64,000 nucleotides of DNA from a bacterium (GCA_963674595.2 CAXXFV010000003.1:192001-256000); one strand, 5' to 3'. Shown: positions 31,323-41,972, counted from the stretch's first letter. Translations and numbers: made by a program. Notes: generated by a model not told the origin, from the sequence alone.

Positions 31323-31687
31323 TAATTAATTCTTTTCTTTGGAACATGATGTATGGATATTACATTGATTTTGTTATATCTATCATAAAACAATAGTTTG
31401 TTCATCTTCCCCACCCTGTTTTTCAAATACAGGAACCCGATTCCATATAAAATTGAAATTTTAAACCGAATTTTATATTAAAAGCTCGGACTAGGCTCAA
31501 TAAATACGATATTTTCCAAGTAATTTAAAAAAGTCTGGAAAAATAACATCCAACAAATACAAAATATATCCTCTGGTTTGAGTATGATCAATTTTATTTA
31601 ATAATTTTGAAAATTTTTTAAATAGAAAAAATAAATTAAAGACTATTTATACTAAAATTCTCAATTTAAAATAAAAAGGATAATATA

Positions 31688-33121
31688 ATGACGACAAGCA
31701 GAAGAGATTTCATTAAAGCTACCGGCATAACAGCTCTGGGGATTGGCAGTGGCATTTTACATGGTTGCGCTTCAAATTCAACCCCCAACGAAACAAACCT
31801 GGTACAATACATTCAGGACTATGAAAAAAAGCATGTACAGCATTTTAACATGTCGGGTTATGCGGCTCCGAAAATCAGCACTGTCCGTATTGGGGTGATC
31901 GGTCTTGGACAAAGAGGTCCGTCACATGTCAAAACCATGAAGCGTATTGATGGTGTTGAAATAAAGGCCCTGTGCGACCTCAGGCCGGAAAAAACATTGG
32001 CCGCAAAAGAGTTATTAAAAAATACCGATCACAATCCGGAACTATATTCCGGTTCAAAAGACGAATGGAAAAAACTGTGTCAGCGCAATGATATTGATCT
32101 GGTGATTGTAACGACTCCCTGGTACATGCACGCGGAGATGGCAATTTATGCCATGGAACAAGGGAAACACGTTGCATCCGAGGTGCCTGCTGCCGGCACA
32201 ATCGAAGAGGCATGGCAACTGGTCGAAACAGCGGAACGCACCCGCAAACATTGTATGATGCTGGAAAACTATTCTTATATGCCTTTTCAACTGGTGATGT
32301 TGAATATGGCACGGCAAGGATTTTTTGGCGAAATAGTACACGGGGACTGTGCCTATAATACAAGTAAAATGAAAAATAACTTTAACAAAAATATGTACTG
32401 GAATATGTGGTGGCTGAGACAGTATGGTAGCCGAAGGGGAAATATTTATCCAACACACGGACTCGGTCCAATTGCACAAATGATGGATATAAACAGGGGC
32501 GATAAATTAGAGTTTCTCGTATCTGTGGAAAGCAAAGATTTTATGATGGCTGCCAAAGCTAAAGAACTTGCAAAAACCGACAGTTTTTTTGAGGAATTTG
32601 CAGACCTGGATTATCGAGGTAATATGAGCACGACGGTTATTAAAACGACACAAGGACGGACCATCATGTTGCAGCACGACGCAACAACGCCTTCCCCCCA
32701 TAACATGATTCACGGAATTTATGGCACTCAAGGAGCCGCCCTTTATGATCCGCCGCCTCCAAGAATTTCCACCGGAAATCATAAATGGGTTTCTGATAAA
32801 GAATGTGAAAAGCTCAAGATTAAGTATACACCGGAAATATTTAATAAACTGAATGAACTATCAAAAAACAGCGGACATGGCGGTTCAGACCTGAAAATAG
32901 ACTGGCACTTGATTGACTGTCTGCACAACGGTCTGCCGTTGGACCAGGATGTGTATGACGCAGCCGCATGGAGTTCCATTGTGCCGCTTTCGGACTGGTC
33001 GGTGAGAAACAACTCAAACTCGATAAAAATACCTGATTTTACAGCCGGTGCCTGGAAAACAAACAAACGTAACATGGATATCGATCTAAGTCGTGGCGGC
33101 AACACAAAAATAATTGTATAA
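31688..33121 (+). CDS. Gfo/Idh/MocA NAD+-dependent glycosidase (GH109-like), Tat signal
   Basis: RRDFIK; IGVIGLGQRG; HVASEVP; MMLEN; YPTHGLGP; GHGGSD; DVYDAAAWS; IPDFT.G.W. Confidence 0.9.
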   Translation: MTTSRRDFIKATGITALGIGSGILHGCASNSTPNETNLVQYIQDYEKKHVQHFNMSGYAAPKISTVRIGVIGLGQRGPSHVKTMKRIDGVEIKALCDLRPEKTLAAKELLKNTDHNPELYSGSKDEWKKLCQRNDIDLVIVTTPWYMHAEMAIYAMEQGKHVASEVPAAGTIEEAWQLVETAERTRKHCMMLENYSYMPFQLVMLNMARQGFFGEIVHGDCAYNTSKMKNNFNKNMYWNMWWLRQYGSRRGNIYPTHGLGPIAQMMDINRGDKLEFLVSVESKDFMMAAKAKELAKTDSFFEEFADLDYRGNMSTTVIKTTQGRTIMLQHDATTPSPHNMIHGIYGTQGAALYDPPPPRISTGNHKWVSDKECEKLKIKYTPEIFNKLNELSKNSGHGGSDLKIDWHLIDCLHNGLPLDQDVYDAAAWSSIVPLSDWSVRNNSNSIKIPDFTAGAWKTNKRNMDIDLSRGGNTKIIV

Positions 33122-33215
33122 ATGTAACCTGTAAAATTAATAGGAAGATGGATTAAAATTCTATCCCATCTGCACCATGAATGACATTTAAATAAAAAAA
33201 TTGTCAAGGATAATT

Positions 33216-34526
33216 ATGCGATTATCAAACTTTTTCCAAGTACTTTTTTTCATTATTTGTTTGAATTGTGTATTCTGTACATCGGACAAGGAAACCAATA
33301 CAATAGAATATGACCTTGGAAATGGTGTTAAGCTATGTCTGGATGAACCGGTTGTGGTTGCAGTATCAGAAGTGGGCGAGAAGCGCTGGGGGCATCACCA
33401 ATTCGTCAGTATTTCACCTTACCCCGGCGACAGGATCCTGCTTCGCTATCATGTCGGGAAAGACGCTGTCTCAGCTTATGGGACGGCCTCACCCACCTAC
33501 ATCTCTGACGACAAGGGTGAAAGCTGGAAGCCATTAGTCGACGACTCACTTCCAAAGTCAGGATTAAGTTGTCCGTTATTCAACGGCGAATTTATCTGCC
33601 TGCCCATGGCCAAACCGTTCAATATAAAAGAGGCGAATCTGGCATTGCCTAAACCAATAGCTAAAGTTTATGCCTATAACTGGAATTTATTTTACAGCCT
33701 TGATGAATGTCCGCCAGCTATCCAAAATTACAAAAAGAATATGGAAGCCTCGCGCTGGACACCTGAATCAAAGCAGTGGCAGGACGAAATCATCCATTAT
33801 GACAGTAAGGATGCTTTAATATGGACCACAGCCAAAGAAGAAGAAAGTGTGCTTGTTTCGCGTACGGCCTTTGAACGTCCACCGTTAAAATTTGGCAATG
33901 AACTTTTTTATGCTGACTATCGCAGCAATTATCTCAATCCGGATGGTTCAGTGCCAAAGCATTTTAGTGTAACATGCATGGTTTCAAATGACAACGGTCA
34001 TAATTGGGAAAAAAGGTCACTTATTGCCACTGATGACAACGGCAAAGATGCAATGACAGAACCGATGCTGGCAGTCAATGCAAATGGTGAACTGGTCTGT
34101 GTTATCCGGCGAACAGACCATAACCAAAAGTCAATGATGATTACCTTTTCAAAAGATAGAGGAAAAACCTGGGAAAAACCGGTTGCACTCAATCAGCTTG
34201 GTAATTTCGGCGTAATGCCCTGTCTTACTCAACTTGATTGTGGAGTCATGGCGCTTTCCTATGGGCGACCGGGCATTTGGTTGTCTTTTTCACTTAACGG
34301 AACAGGACGGGAATGGACCGAACCGTTTCGTATACTTGAAGGCGACAACCGTAAAAAAATGGAAATAACTGACGGTTATACAACCATGCTGCCAATTGGT
34401 CCGAACCAACTTTTAATGGCCTATACGGATTTTGATTACAAAGATAAGCAGGGAAATCAACGAAAGGCCATACTCGTACGCAAGCTGGAAATAAAAGGTG
34501 CTGATAAGTTTAAAGGCGGGAGATGA
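33216..34526 (+). CDS. BNR/Asp-box sialidase-like exported protein
   Basis: Asp boxes SDDKGESW, SNDNGHNW, SKDRGKTW; SYGRPG; signal peptide. Confidence 0.8.
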   Translation: MRLSNFFQVLFFIICLNCVFCTSDKETNTIEYDLGNGVKLCLDEPVVVAVSEVGEKRWGHHQFVSISPYPGDRILLRYHVGKDAVSAYGTASPTYISDDKGESWKPLVDDSLPKSGLSCPLFNGEFICLPMAKPFNIKEANLALPKPIAKVYAYNWNLFYSLDECPPAIQNYKKNMEASRWTPESKQWQDEIIHYDSKDALIWTTAKEEESVLVSRTAFERPPLKFGNELFYADYRSNYLNPDGSVPKHFSVTCMVSNDNGHNWEKRSLIATDDNGKDAMTEPMLAVNANGELVCVIRRTDHNQKSMMITFSKDRGKTWEKPVALNQLGNFGVMPCLTQLDCGVMALSYGRPGIWLSFSLNGTGREWTEPFRILEGDNRKKMEITDGYTTMLPIGPNQLLMAYTDFDYKDKQGNQRKAILVRKLEIKGADKFKGGR

Positions 34527-34690
34527 GATTTAACCTTTACCAAATATTGCCAATATACGAAAAAGGTGTATATTGCACCTGACTTTTTCAGGTGTTAAAC
34601 AATTCAAATTAAATATAAATGATTTATTTTGCAATGCAGTTATTGGTTACATCAGATTAGAGATTAAATCATCAGCAATGTACAGTGTGA

Positions 34691-34719
34691 ATAGCGCACC
34701 TTTTTTGAGGTGCGCCTAT
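34691..34719. terminator. Hairpin between convergent genes
   Basis: GCGCACCT-TTTTTG-AGGTGCGC. Confidence 0.6.
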
Positions 34720-34756
34720 ATCCCTTTTGATTTTACTGTTTATTGCTGCCGGTGTA

Positions 34757-35830
34757 TTATTTGGTTTGATTTATAACATAGTGAGTCTGTGTTGGAAATG
34801 CCATTTCAATTCCAGAGTCATCAAGATTTCGTTTAATACCCATATTTACTTTATGAACAATAATTTTCCAGTTATCATTATCAGTAATCCAGTACACTAT
34901 TTCTAAATCGAGAGAAAAAGCTCCGAAATTGACAAAACGAATCATGATATCATTATAGTCAATACCATCAATATTCTGTAATGTCTTGCGAATAATTTCC
35001 ATTGCTCTTTCCATATCGTCTGATGAGGTTTCATATACCAGACCTATTGTGATAACCTGACGGCGTCTTTCACGTTTTGAAAAATTCTCAACCATTGTGT
35101 CAACAATAGTACTATTAGGGACAACAACATGAGTACCGCCAACTGTTTTAATTCGTGTACTTCTCATTCCAACCTCTATAACAGAGCCGGAACGGCCATC
35201 CACTTCAATCCAATCATCAATTTGAAAAGGTTTGTCCCAAAAGATCGTTATACCGCCAATAATATTTTTTACGGCATCCTGCGCTGCAAGCGCAATCGCA
35301 AGTCCACCGATACCAATACCTGCCAGGATTGATAATATATCATACCCCAAATTAGATAAAATTACAATCGCTGCAAGTATCAAAATGACGGTTTTGATTG
35401 ACTTTTTCAAGATAGGTAATATTTGATCATCAAGTTTACTTTCAGACTTGCTGACCATAGGCTCGACGTACACTGTAATCAACATTTCAAAAAAACGTAC
35501 CAGAAACCATGTTACGGTTAATGTCAGCATTGTAATAACGACATTGTTAAAGAATTTTTCTCCCGTACCATTTAACACAAGGAATTTGGCGCCAAAGAAA
35601 ACACCTCCGGTTGCAATCAGTAAAACAATTGGCTCTTCAATAATGTCAACCAGATAATCATCAAACCGGTTTTTTGATTTTTCTGCCAATCTTCTAAGAT
35701 ATGTTTTGAAAAAATAATAAACAATTCGACCAATAATAAGAGACAGGACAATCGTACCGAAAAACAGTAAATATTTACCAATAGAATTATTAAAAATAGT
35801 ATAGTCTATAGCTTCACGAATTGAATCCAT
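34757..35830 (-). CDS. MscS-family mechanosensitive channel (longer N-terminus)
   Basis: GIGIGGLAIALAAQD, DKPFQIDDWI, EVGMRSTRI, VPNS, MAFPTQT. Confidence 0.92.
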   Translation of the reverse strand: MDSIREAIDYTIFNNSIGKYLLFFGTIVLSLIIGRIVYYFFKTYLRRLAEKSKNRFDDYLVDIIEEPIVLLIATGGVFFGAKFLVLNGTGEKFFNNVVITMLTLTVTWFLVRFFEMLITVYVEPMVSKSESKLDDQILPILKKSIKTVILILAAIVILSNLGYDILSILAGIGIGGLAIALAAQDAVKNIIGGITIFWDKPFQIDDWIEVDGRSGSVIEVGMRSTRIKTVGGTHVVVPNSTIVDTMVENFSKRERRRQVITIGLVYETSSDDMERAMEIIRKTLQNIDGIDYNDIMIRFVNFGAFSLDLEIVYWITDNDNWKIIVHKVNMGIKRNLDDSGIEMAFPTQTHYVINQTK

Positions 35831-36554
35831 TTTAACTCCATTTAAGTCATTAACTTTTTATTCAATCAAACTTTTTAGATTATAATTACATGATCGAAAT
35901 AATATAAAAAATAAAGTCCTGGATGACTAATTTTCCAAGACTTGTAGCCTAACAAGTAATTTTGCCTTCCAAGGTTCCGGCTTTAGCGATCTGATTTTGT
36001 AGTTTGTCAATATGTTGTTCTTTCTTTTTTCGGATTTATAAGGTAAAGAGAATTGTAAAAACTTTAAATTATGTTGTTATTTACATAAAAAATTCTTAAT
36101 CAATTTTAATTATACAATACTCGATATTTTACGTAAAGGAAATAACCTCAATTATTAGTCGTCCTTATCATACTCTACTAATAATAACAGGCAAAAGAAA
36201 GAATTTTGACTATTTACAAAAGTAAATATTAATTTTAATCCAAACAAGGCATTTTTTATTTTTGTGAAAGGACAATATTCTTATGTGTGGATACTGATGG
36301 ATTTGGTAAGAATTTGACAAAGATAAAGAGACGTTAAAAGTGTTAAACATAGCCTTGATAAAGTAATAACAAAAGCACATACGTCTTGCAACATGCCTGT
36401 CCGGCAACTGTACATATTGTCCCCATAAACCGGCTAAAAATAAAAAGAAAGAGAGATATACACTCATATCCAAAAGGATCGGGAACGCAACCAATAATTA
36501 GATGATGGACAAATTTTATTTACCAAATTTATTTTTTAAGGAGAGAAAACAAAA

Positions 36555-37667
36555 ATGAAGAAAAAAGGAATTAGTCTATTTATAATTATAATTACAATAT
36601 GTGCCATTCAGAGTTGTCATAGAAATGATAATTTATTTCCAAAAGAAATCGTATTATGTTTGGAACCGTCAGGGGACAATCCCCGAAACAGCGAAGGTGA
36701 TTTTATCCAATTGACAGATGGACGGATATTGTTTGTGTATACTCATTTCTCCGGTGGTGATTCCGATCATGCCAAAGCCAGCCTGATGGGACGCTATTCG
36801 GACGATGGCGGCAAAACCTGGACGAAAGAAGACGTAGAAATTATCCCGAATGAAGGCAATATGAACGTGATGTCCGTATCGCTGCTTCGGCTGGATAATG
36901 GTCAAATTGCACTGTTTTACCTGCGAAAAAATTCCCTGGAAGATTGTGTCCCGATGATGCGGTTATCTTCTGATGAAGCGAATTCGTGGAGTGAGCCCAT
37001 TCAATGTATTCAGGAAACCGGTTATTATATTTTAAATAACGACCGTGTTATCCAGTTGCCAAACGGTCGAATTGTACTTCCGGTATCACGACATACATCT
37101 CCGGGAAAAGAGTGGCACGCATCCGGGCGTATCATGTGTTATTATTCGGATGATTATGGTAAAACCTGGACAGGTTCACAAGAGGTACCAAATCCAAACA
37201 AAGTATATGTGCAGGAACCCGGCGCGATTCAACTAAAAAACGGCGATGTTATGATGTTTTGCCGCACCGACAAGGGTGTACAATATCTGTCATTTTCAAA
37301 AGACCAATGTGAAAGCTGGTCACAGTTTGAACCAAGTAACATTGTTTCACCGAGGTCTCCGGCAGCGATTGAGCGCATCCCGTCAACCAATGATTTGTTC
37401 ATGGTATGGAATGAAAACTATGAACCCGAACATCGCGGCGCGGGGCGTCGTACGCCCCAGAGCATAGCAATTTCTACAGATGACGGCAAAAACTGGAAAA
37501 AGCTTGGTGATATTGAAGACGATCCGATTGGTTGGTTTTGTTATACGGCAATTGACTTTACAGACGATCATGTTCTGCTGGCATATTGTGCCGGCAACAA
37601 ACTACACGCAGGATTGAACAGAACTCAGATCAGCCGTTTAAAAATTGCAGATTTTTATAGCGAATAA
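36555..37667 (+). CDS. BNR/sialidase-family lipoprotein
   Basis: IQSC lipobox; RNSEGD; Asp boxes SDDGGKTW, SDDYGKTW, STDDGKNW; QEPG. Confidence 0.87.
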   Translation: MKKKGISLFIIIITICAIQSCHRNDNLFPKEIVLCLEPSGDNPRNSEGDFIQLTDGRILFVYTHFSGGDSDHAKASLMGRYSDDGGKTWTKEDVEIIPNEGNMNVMSVSLLRLDNGQIALFYLRKNSLEDCVPMMRLSSDEANSWSEPIQCIQETGYYILNNDRVIQLPNGRIVLPVSRHTSPGKEWHASGRIMCYYSDDYGKTWTGSQEVPNPNKVYVQEPGAIQLKNGDVMMFCRTDKGVQYLSFSKDQCESWSQFEPSNIVSPRSPAAIERIPSTNDLFMVWNENYEPEHRGAGRRTPQSIAISTDDGKNWKKLGDIEDDPIGWFCYTAIDFTDDHVLLAYCAGNKLHAGLNRTQISRLKIADFYSE

Positions 37668-37680
37668 CAGCTTAAAGACA

Positions 37681-37713
37681 TTATGCGGGGTTCCGGAACG
37701 GCGCCCTGCATAA
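37681..37713 (+). terminator. Stem-loop after sialidase-like gene
   Basis: TTATGCGGGG/CCCTGCATAA arms. Confidence 0.55.
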
Positions 37714-37759
37714 AATTTATTATTCGTACATTCCTCATACTCTTCCATTTAAATTTTCC

Positions 37760-37813
37760 TTGACAATAACAGCAGAAAAGCGTATCTTTATTCAAGATAT
37801 ACGTGAACGTACA
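37760..37813 (+). promoter_or_regulatory. Sigma70 promoter plus palindromic LiuR-like operator
   Basis: TTGACA(37760)-17-TATCTT(37783); TATACGT-GA-ACGTACA at 37798-37813, upstream of a MerR gene. Confidence 0.7.
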
Positions 37814-37851
37814 TGTTTAATTAAAAATAAAAGTAAACGCTTGGAGACACT

Positions 37852-38556
37852 TTGAAAGAACGGGTATTTACAAGAGATGAATTTCTTATAAAAACACAAA
37901 CCTCAGAACATGATTTAGCACTTTGGGAAAAGAATAAATTAATTCAATCCATGGGATTCACAGAAGACCAGACACCCATTTATTCACAACCTGCAATTGA
38001 GCAGGTAGAACAGATAAAAAAGTTACAGGAATTGGGATATGATCTGGATGGCGTGCAAAAGATTATTAAAAAAGTGGGATTACCCCAACAATCCAAATCC
38101 GGTAAAGACAGCAGCAAAGGCAAACAATATATTACTGTTGGCAATTTAGCAGAGCGAATTGGAGTAAGCCCCCGAACGCTTAAACATTGGGAAGACAAAG
38201 GTATCATCGTGCCGGATATGCGAAGCGAAGGCGGTTTTCGGCTTTATTCAGAACACTATGTTTATCTATGCCATTTGATTCAGGATTTACAATTGTTCGG
38301 TTACTCTTTAGAGCAGATAAAAATCATATCCGATTATTTTCGAGAATTCCTGAGGTTGGATACATCCCTCGAATCCATGCCGGCACAGGAAGCTGAAGAA
38401 AAATTGAATGAGATGTCCGGAGAAATCGATCAATTGATAAAAAAAATTAATAGTTACAAAGAAGGCATTCAGCGCTGGGAAGATTTATTAAAAAATAAAA
38501 AGAAACAGGTCCAGGGTTTAAAAAACAAAAATCAAAAACGAAAGAATGAAAAATAA
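37852..38556 (+). CDS. MerR-family regulator with two HTH domains
   Basis: LALWEKNKLI..LQELGY and VGNLAERIGVSPRTLKHWEDKGII..GGFRLY..LQLFGYSLEQI; RBS GGAG + TTG. Confidence 0.9.
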   Translation: MKERVFTRDEFLIKTQTSEHDLALWEKNKLIQSMGFTEDQTPIYSQPAIEQVEQIKKLQELGYDLDGVQKIIKKVGLPQQSKSGKDSSKGKQYITVGNLAERIGVSPRTLKHWEDKGIIVPDMRSEGGFRLYSEHYVYLCHLIQDLQLFGYSLEQIKIISDYFREFLRLDTSLESMPAQEAEEKLNEMSGEIDQLIKKINSYKEGIQRWEDLLKNKKKQVQGLKNKNQKRKNEK

Positions 38557-39829
38557 AATGATTTGTTCTCAGCTCATTTCTGTTCCGCCAAACCAGGCCC
38601 CCGCTATACACGCGGCACATCATCCCTGCTACCAGGATGATTATCAGCGTTTACACCATCTTTACCATTCATTGCAGCCGGGCAAAGCCGTAAAAAAAGA
38701 CGGCCTGATCATTGAAAAGATGCCTTTTCATTCCGAACATGCATTGGTCACCAAAACTCAACCGGACTATACCATGAACCGGTCATTTAAGGCGCTTTTC
38801 CAATACTACCTGGCTCAAAACACCTATTCAAATCAATATATTTTTAAAAGCCTGCAAGTGTCTGATGCGGATGTTTTAGAAAATCAAAATTTCCAGCTCA
38901 TTCTGCTGAGACCCAGTTCCGAATTTCCAATCCGCAAAGTGATTGTTATGCTCCACGGCTTAAACGAAAAGTCCTGGGACAAATACCTTCCCTGGGCAAA
39001 TGATCTGGTCCGTCGTACCGGGGCGGCCGTGCTTCTTTTTCCCACGGCCTTTCACATGGACCGTGCGCCGGAAACCTGGAGCAGTCCCAAATTAATGCGA
39101 CAGGTGGCAAAAGAACGGGAATCCCTGTTCCCGGAAGTAACACATGCTACGTTTGCCAATGCGGCCATCAGCCACAGATTGCAATTTGCGCCGGAACGGT
39201 TTCTGACGTCAGGGATACAAACCTATCACGATATTATTTCTCTTTCCTGGCAAATCCGGGGCGGGCAATTTTCATATATTGATAAAGATGCTGATATTGA
39301 TTTTTTCGGATATTCTGCCGGCGCGTTTCTGGGAGAAATTTTAATGATGGCCAGCCCTTCGCAACTGTTTGATGGTTCTAAATTATTCATGTTCTGCGGA
39401 GGGGCAACCATGAACCAAACCCATCCTGTTTCCAAAATGATCCTGGACAGCGAAGCCAGCGAATCCCTGACTGTATACCTGGATTCTTTTGAACGACAGG
39501 GCCATCATACCCCGCTGCCGATGGAATCACATCTTTTTTTCAAAGCCATGCTTCACGAAAGCCAGAATCCCGAATTCAGGGCAAAACGCTTTGCTGAAAT
39601 CGGAGCGCGTATTTTTGCCGTTGGTTTGGAAAACGATACGGTTATTCCGGCTGAAGCCATCAAAAGAACCATAACCGTACCGGGTGAACAAATTCAAAAC
39701 ATGACGCACCTGGATTTCGACCATCCCTATACCCATGAAAATCCCTTTCCTGTTGTTGAAAAATATAAATCCGACATTCAAAAATCCTTTGAACAGGTTA
39801 TGACACTGGCGGCCGATTTTTATCTGTAA
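38546..39829 (+). CDS. DUF6051-like alpha/beta hydrolase-fold protein
   Basis: MLHGLNEKSWDKYLPWA, LLFPTAFHM, FGYSAG, FMFCGG, YTHENPFP; overlaps merR stop. Confidence 0.75.
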   Translation: MKNKMICSQLISVPPNQAPAIHAAHHPCYQDDYQRLHHLYHSLQPGKAVKKDGLIIEKMPFHSEHALVTKTQPDYTMNRSFKALFQYYLAQNTYSNQYIFKSLQVSDADVLENQNFQLILLRPSSEFPIRKVIVMLHGLNEKSWDKYLPWANDLVRRTGAAVLLFPTAFHMDRAPETWSSPKLMRQVAKERESLFPEVTHATFANAAISHRLQFAPERFLTSGIQTYHDIISLSWQIRGGQFSYIDKDADIDFFGYSAGAFLGEILMMASPSQLFDGSKLFMFCGGATMNQTHPVSKMILDSEASESLTVYLDSFERQGHHTPLPMESHLFFKAMLHESQNPEFRAKRFAEIGARIFAVGLENDTVIPAEAIKRTITVPGEQIQNMTHLDFDHPYTHENPFPVVEKYKSDIQKSFEQVMTLAADFYL

Positions 39830-39855
39830 ATACAGGCACTCTTATAATCACCTCC

Positions 39856-40108
39856 AAAAAAAAATACAATCATTCTCAACATTTTTCAAAAAGCACTTGC
39901 ACTGTTTTTAAATTATATGTATTATTAATGTATCAGTAATATTATTTATTTCAGAATAATTTATCGAGCATGGGAATTACTGATACGCTTATTATTTTCT
40001 AATTGCAAATTATGGGATTTAAAAACACATACAAGGAAGAGATCGCCTGTTTTTTAGCATCATATCCCTGTTCTTTCTAATATAAATTATTGGGTCAAGT
40101 GTGTTCGG
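39856..40108 (+). repeat. Copy A of dispersed promoter + structured leader element
   Basis: TTGCAC(39897)-17-TATTAT(39920); IR GTATCAGTAAT/ATTACTGATAC (39930-39986); alignable with 41710-41972 and 47212-47452. Confidence 0.85.
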
Positions 40109-40242
40109 TTATTGGCATAGATTGACTGAATTGTTTTTCAGACAAATAATAATGTTTATAATTTTTATTTATTGAAAAACATTTTAACAGAAATGTACAC
40201 AAACCCGTCTCTCGAATTTAGTATTAAAAAAATTGGAGGCAA

Positions 40243-41487
40243 ATGATGTCGAAATCTAATTACCTGCTGATATTAATCTTTTTGTTCAGCCTGAGCTGTC
40301 AGAAAGACAACAATCCGGTTGACAGTAATGAGGTTAACGGCAAAGATGATACAATTGATATCAGCGTAAAAGAATCCAATTTATATGTAAATCTTGTATT
40401 TACTGACTCGACTTTTAGCGATTTAAATGGAGTACCGGTACGAATAGAAGGCGCAGTCTCTGATACACAAAAAACAGACGGCTCGGGAATTGCCTGGTTT
40501 AAATCAATACCAACCGGAAATTATAATGTTTTTATTGACATCTCTTATTTCAAGCCATATTCATCAAACATTGTAGTGACGGACCCGGCTACTCAACTAA
40601 AGGTCAATTTACAAAGACTTTATACAAATTTTAACGGAAAAGTGGTTGACCCCGTGGGGAAACCGGTTTCCAATGTAAACGTCTCCTTGTATTTAAATGA
40701 TGAGTATTTTTATTTAAGTAGAAAGCCCAAAACCATTGGAAATTTTGTAACTGATTCATTAGGTAGTTTTATAGATTCTCTGCCAAATGGAGAATACAAA
40801 ATTGAACTTTCCAAAGAAAATTATATTGACGCAACCTTTCAAATTAACATTGATTCCTCCACGGCAAACACTGACTTGACCATCTCAAAAAAACCAAGTA
40901 TAGATTATTTGCCCTTGCACGTAGGTAATAAATGGACATATAAAGATATTTATACATCGGGTGATCCGATTTATGTTTATCAAAAGTTTATTTCAACATA
41001 CCGGGTTGAGGTAATTTCAAGGGATGAGGCGCCAAATGGATTTAAATACACTCTTTCTCATTCCAAACAGGGGACAAAAATCAGTTATAATTACAGTAAT
41101 GGAATTGATTCTACACAAGTCAGCTATGAAGACGAGTGGCTAGATGAAATAGTTGTTAAAACCGACAGCATTTTAGGCGGATATCCTGCGTGCCGTTTAC
41201 TGCTTAATTATTTTGCAATTGGAGATAATTGGGAATACGATTGGGATTATTATATTAAAGCACAAAATTTTAGTTCATTTGAATTAAACGGCACGACCTT
41301 TCCTTCGGTAGTGCTTAGGATTTCATCCATAATTGGGATGAATTTTTATGAAAATTATGAGTATGCAGGTGACATTGGTTTGGTAAATTTTGAATACTAT
41401 AGAAAAATTGGTCATAATGAAGTTTATAAACGAAAAAGCACACTGGAAGGTGCAGAAATACTCGGAAAAACAACCTGGCCTGATTAA
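40243..41487 (+). CDS. Lipoprotein with carboxypeptidase-regulatory-like Ig domains
   Basis: LSC lipobox; two transthyretin-like repeats; YLPLHVGNKWTY C-terminal domain start; RBS GGAGG. Confidence 0.82.
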   Translation: MMSKSNYLLILIFLFSLSCQKDNNPVDSNEVNGKDDTIDISVKESNLYVNLVFTDSTFSDLNGVPVRIEGAVSDTQKTDGSGIAWFKSIPTGNYNVFIDISYFKPYSSNIVVTDPATQLKVNLQRLYTNFNGKVVDPVGKPVSNVNVSLYLNDEYFYLSRKPKTIGNFVTDSLGSFIDSLPNGEYKIELSKENYIDATFQINIDSSTANTDLTISKKPSIDYLPLHVGNKWTYKDIYTSGDPIYVYQKFISTYRVEVISRDEAPNGFKYTLSHSKQGTKISYNYSNGIDSTQVSYEDEWLDEIVVKTDSILGGYPACRLLLNYFAIGDNWEYDWDYYIKAQNFSSFELNGTTFPSVVLRISSIIGMNFYENYEYAGDIGLVNFEYYRKIGHNEVYKRKSTLEGAEILGKTTWPD

Positions 41488-41709
41488 CTTTTTTAACAGT
41501 CGGCTATTACTATACCCCATATTTATGCCCGGAAAATTCCGATCTCCGGGCATCGGTAAACAGCTTGGCGTATCCATGTATAAGGCATCTTTCTCAAAAA
41601 CATTGTAATAAGATAGATATATAGTTGGGTTCAGCTCATAGGTTCCACTTTCCAAGGGGCTGAACAGTAGAATAATCAAAATTGTAAAGTGTTAACATTT
41701 TATATCCAT

Positions 41710-41972
41710 AAAAAAATAACAATTCCATTATTTTCAACATTTTTCAAAAACCACTTGCGCTAGTTTTAAATAATATGTATTATTCTCTTATCAGCAAAAG
41801 TTTTTTCAGGACGATTGGTCGAGCATGGGAGTTCCTGATGCTCTTTTAGCTGATTTTCTATAATTTAAATATGGGATTAAACTGTACATGCAAGGAAAAG
41901 ATTGTAATTTTTTGAGAATCATATTCTTGGTTATTTATACATTAAATTATTGGGCTGGGAGAGGTGTGTTTG
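41710..41972 (+). repeat. Copy B of dispersed promoter + structured leader element
   Basis: TTGCGC(41755)-17-TATTAT(41778); TTTTTCAGGACGATTGGTCGAGCATGGGAGTTCCTGAT nearly identical to copy C. Confidence 0.85.

Noticed and set aside
36210-36494. 94-aa minus-strand ORF in a long intergenic region
   Set aside because: TTG start, no RBS or motif; probably spurious, like the many short antisense ORFs inside long genes
41763-41791. ATAA-N6-TTAT core in the repeated motif resembling dif/pdif XerCD sites
   Set aside because: The XerD arm (TTATGTTAAAT) is not conserved; variants TACTAT/TACCAT fit -10 tolerance, and a TTG.. hexamer sits exactly 17 bp upstream in all copies. A promoter is the better reading.
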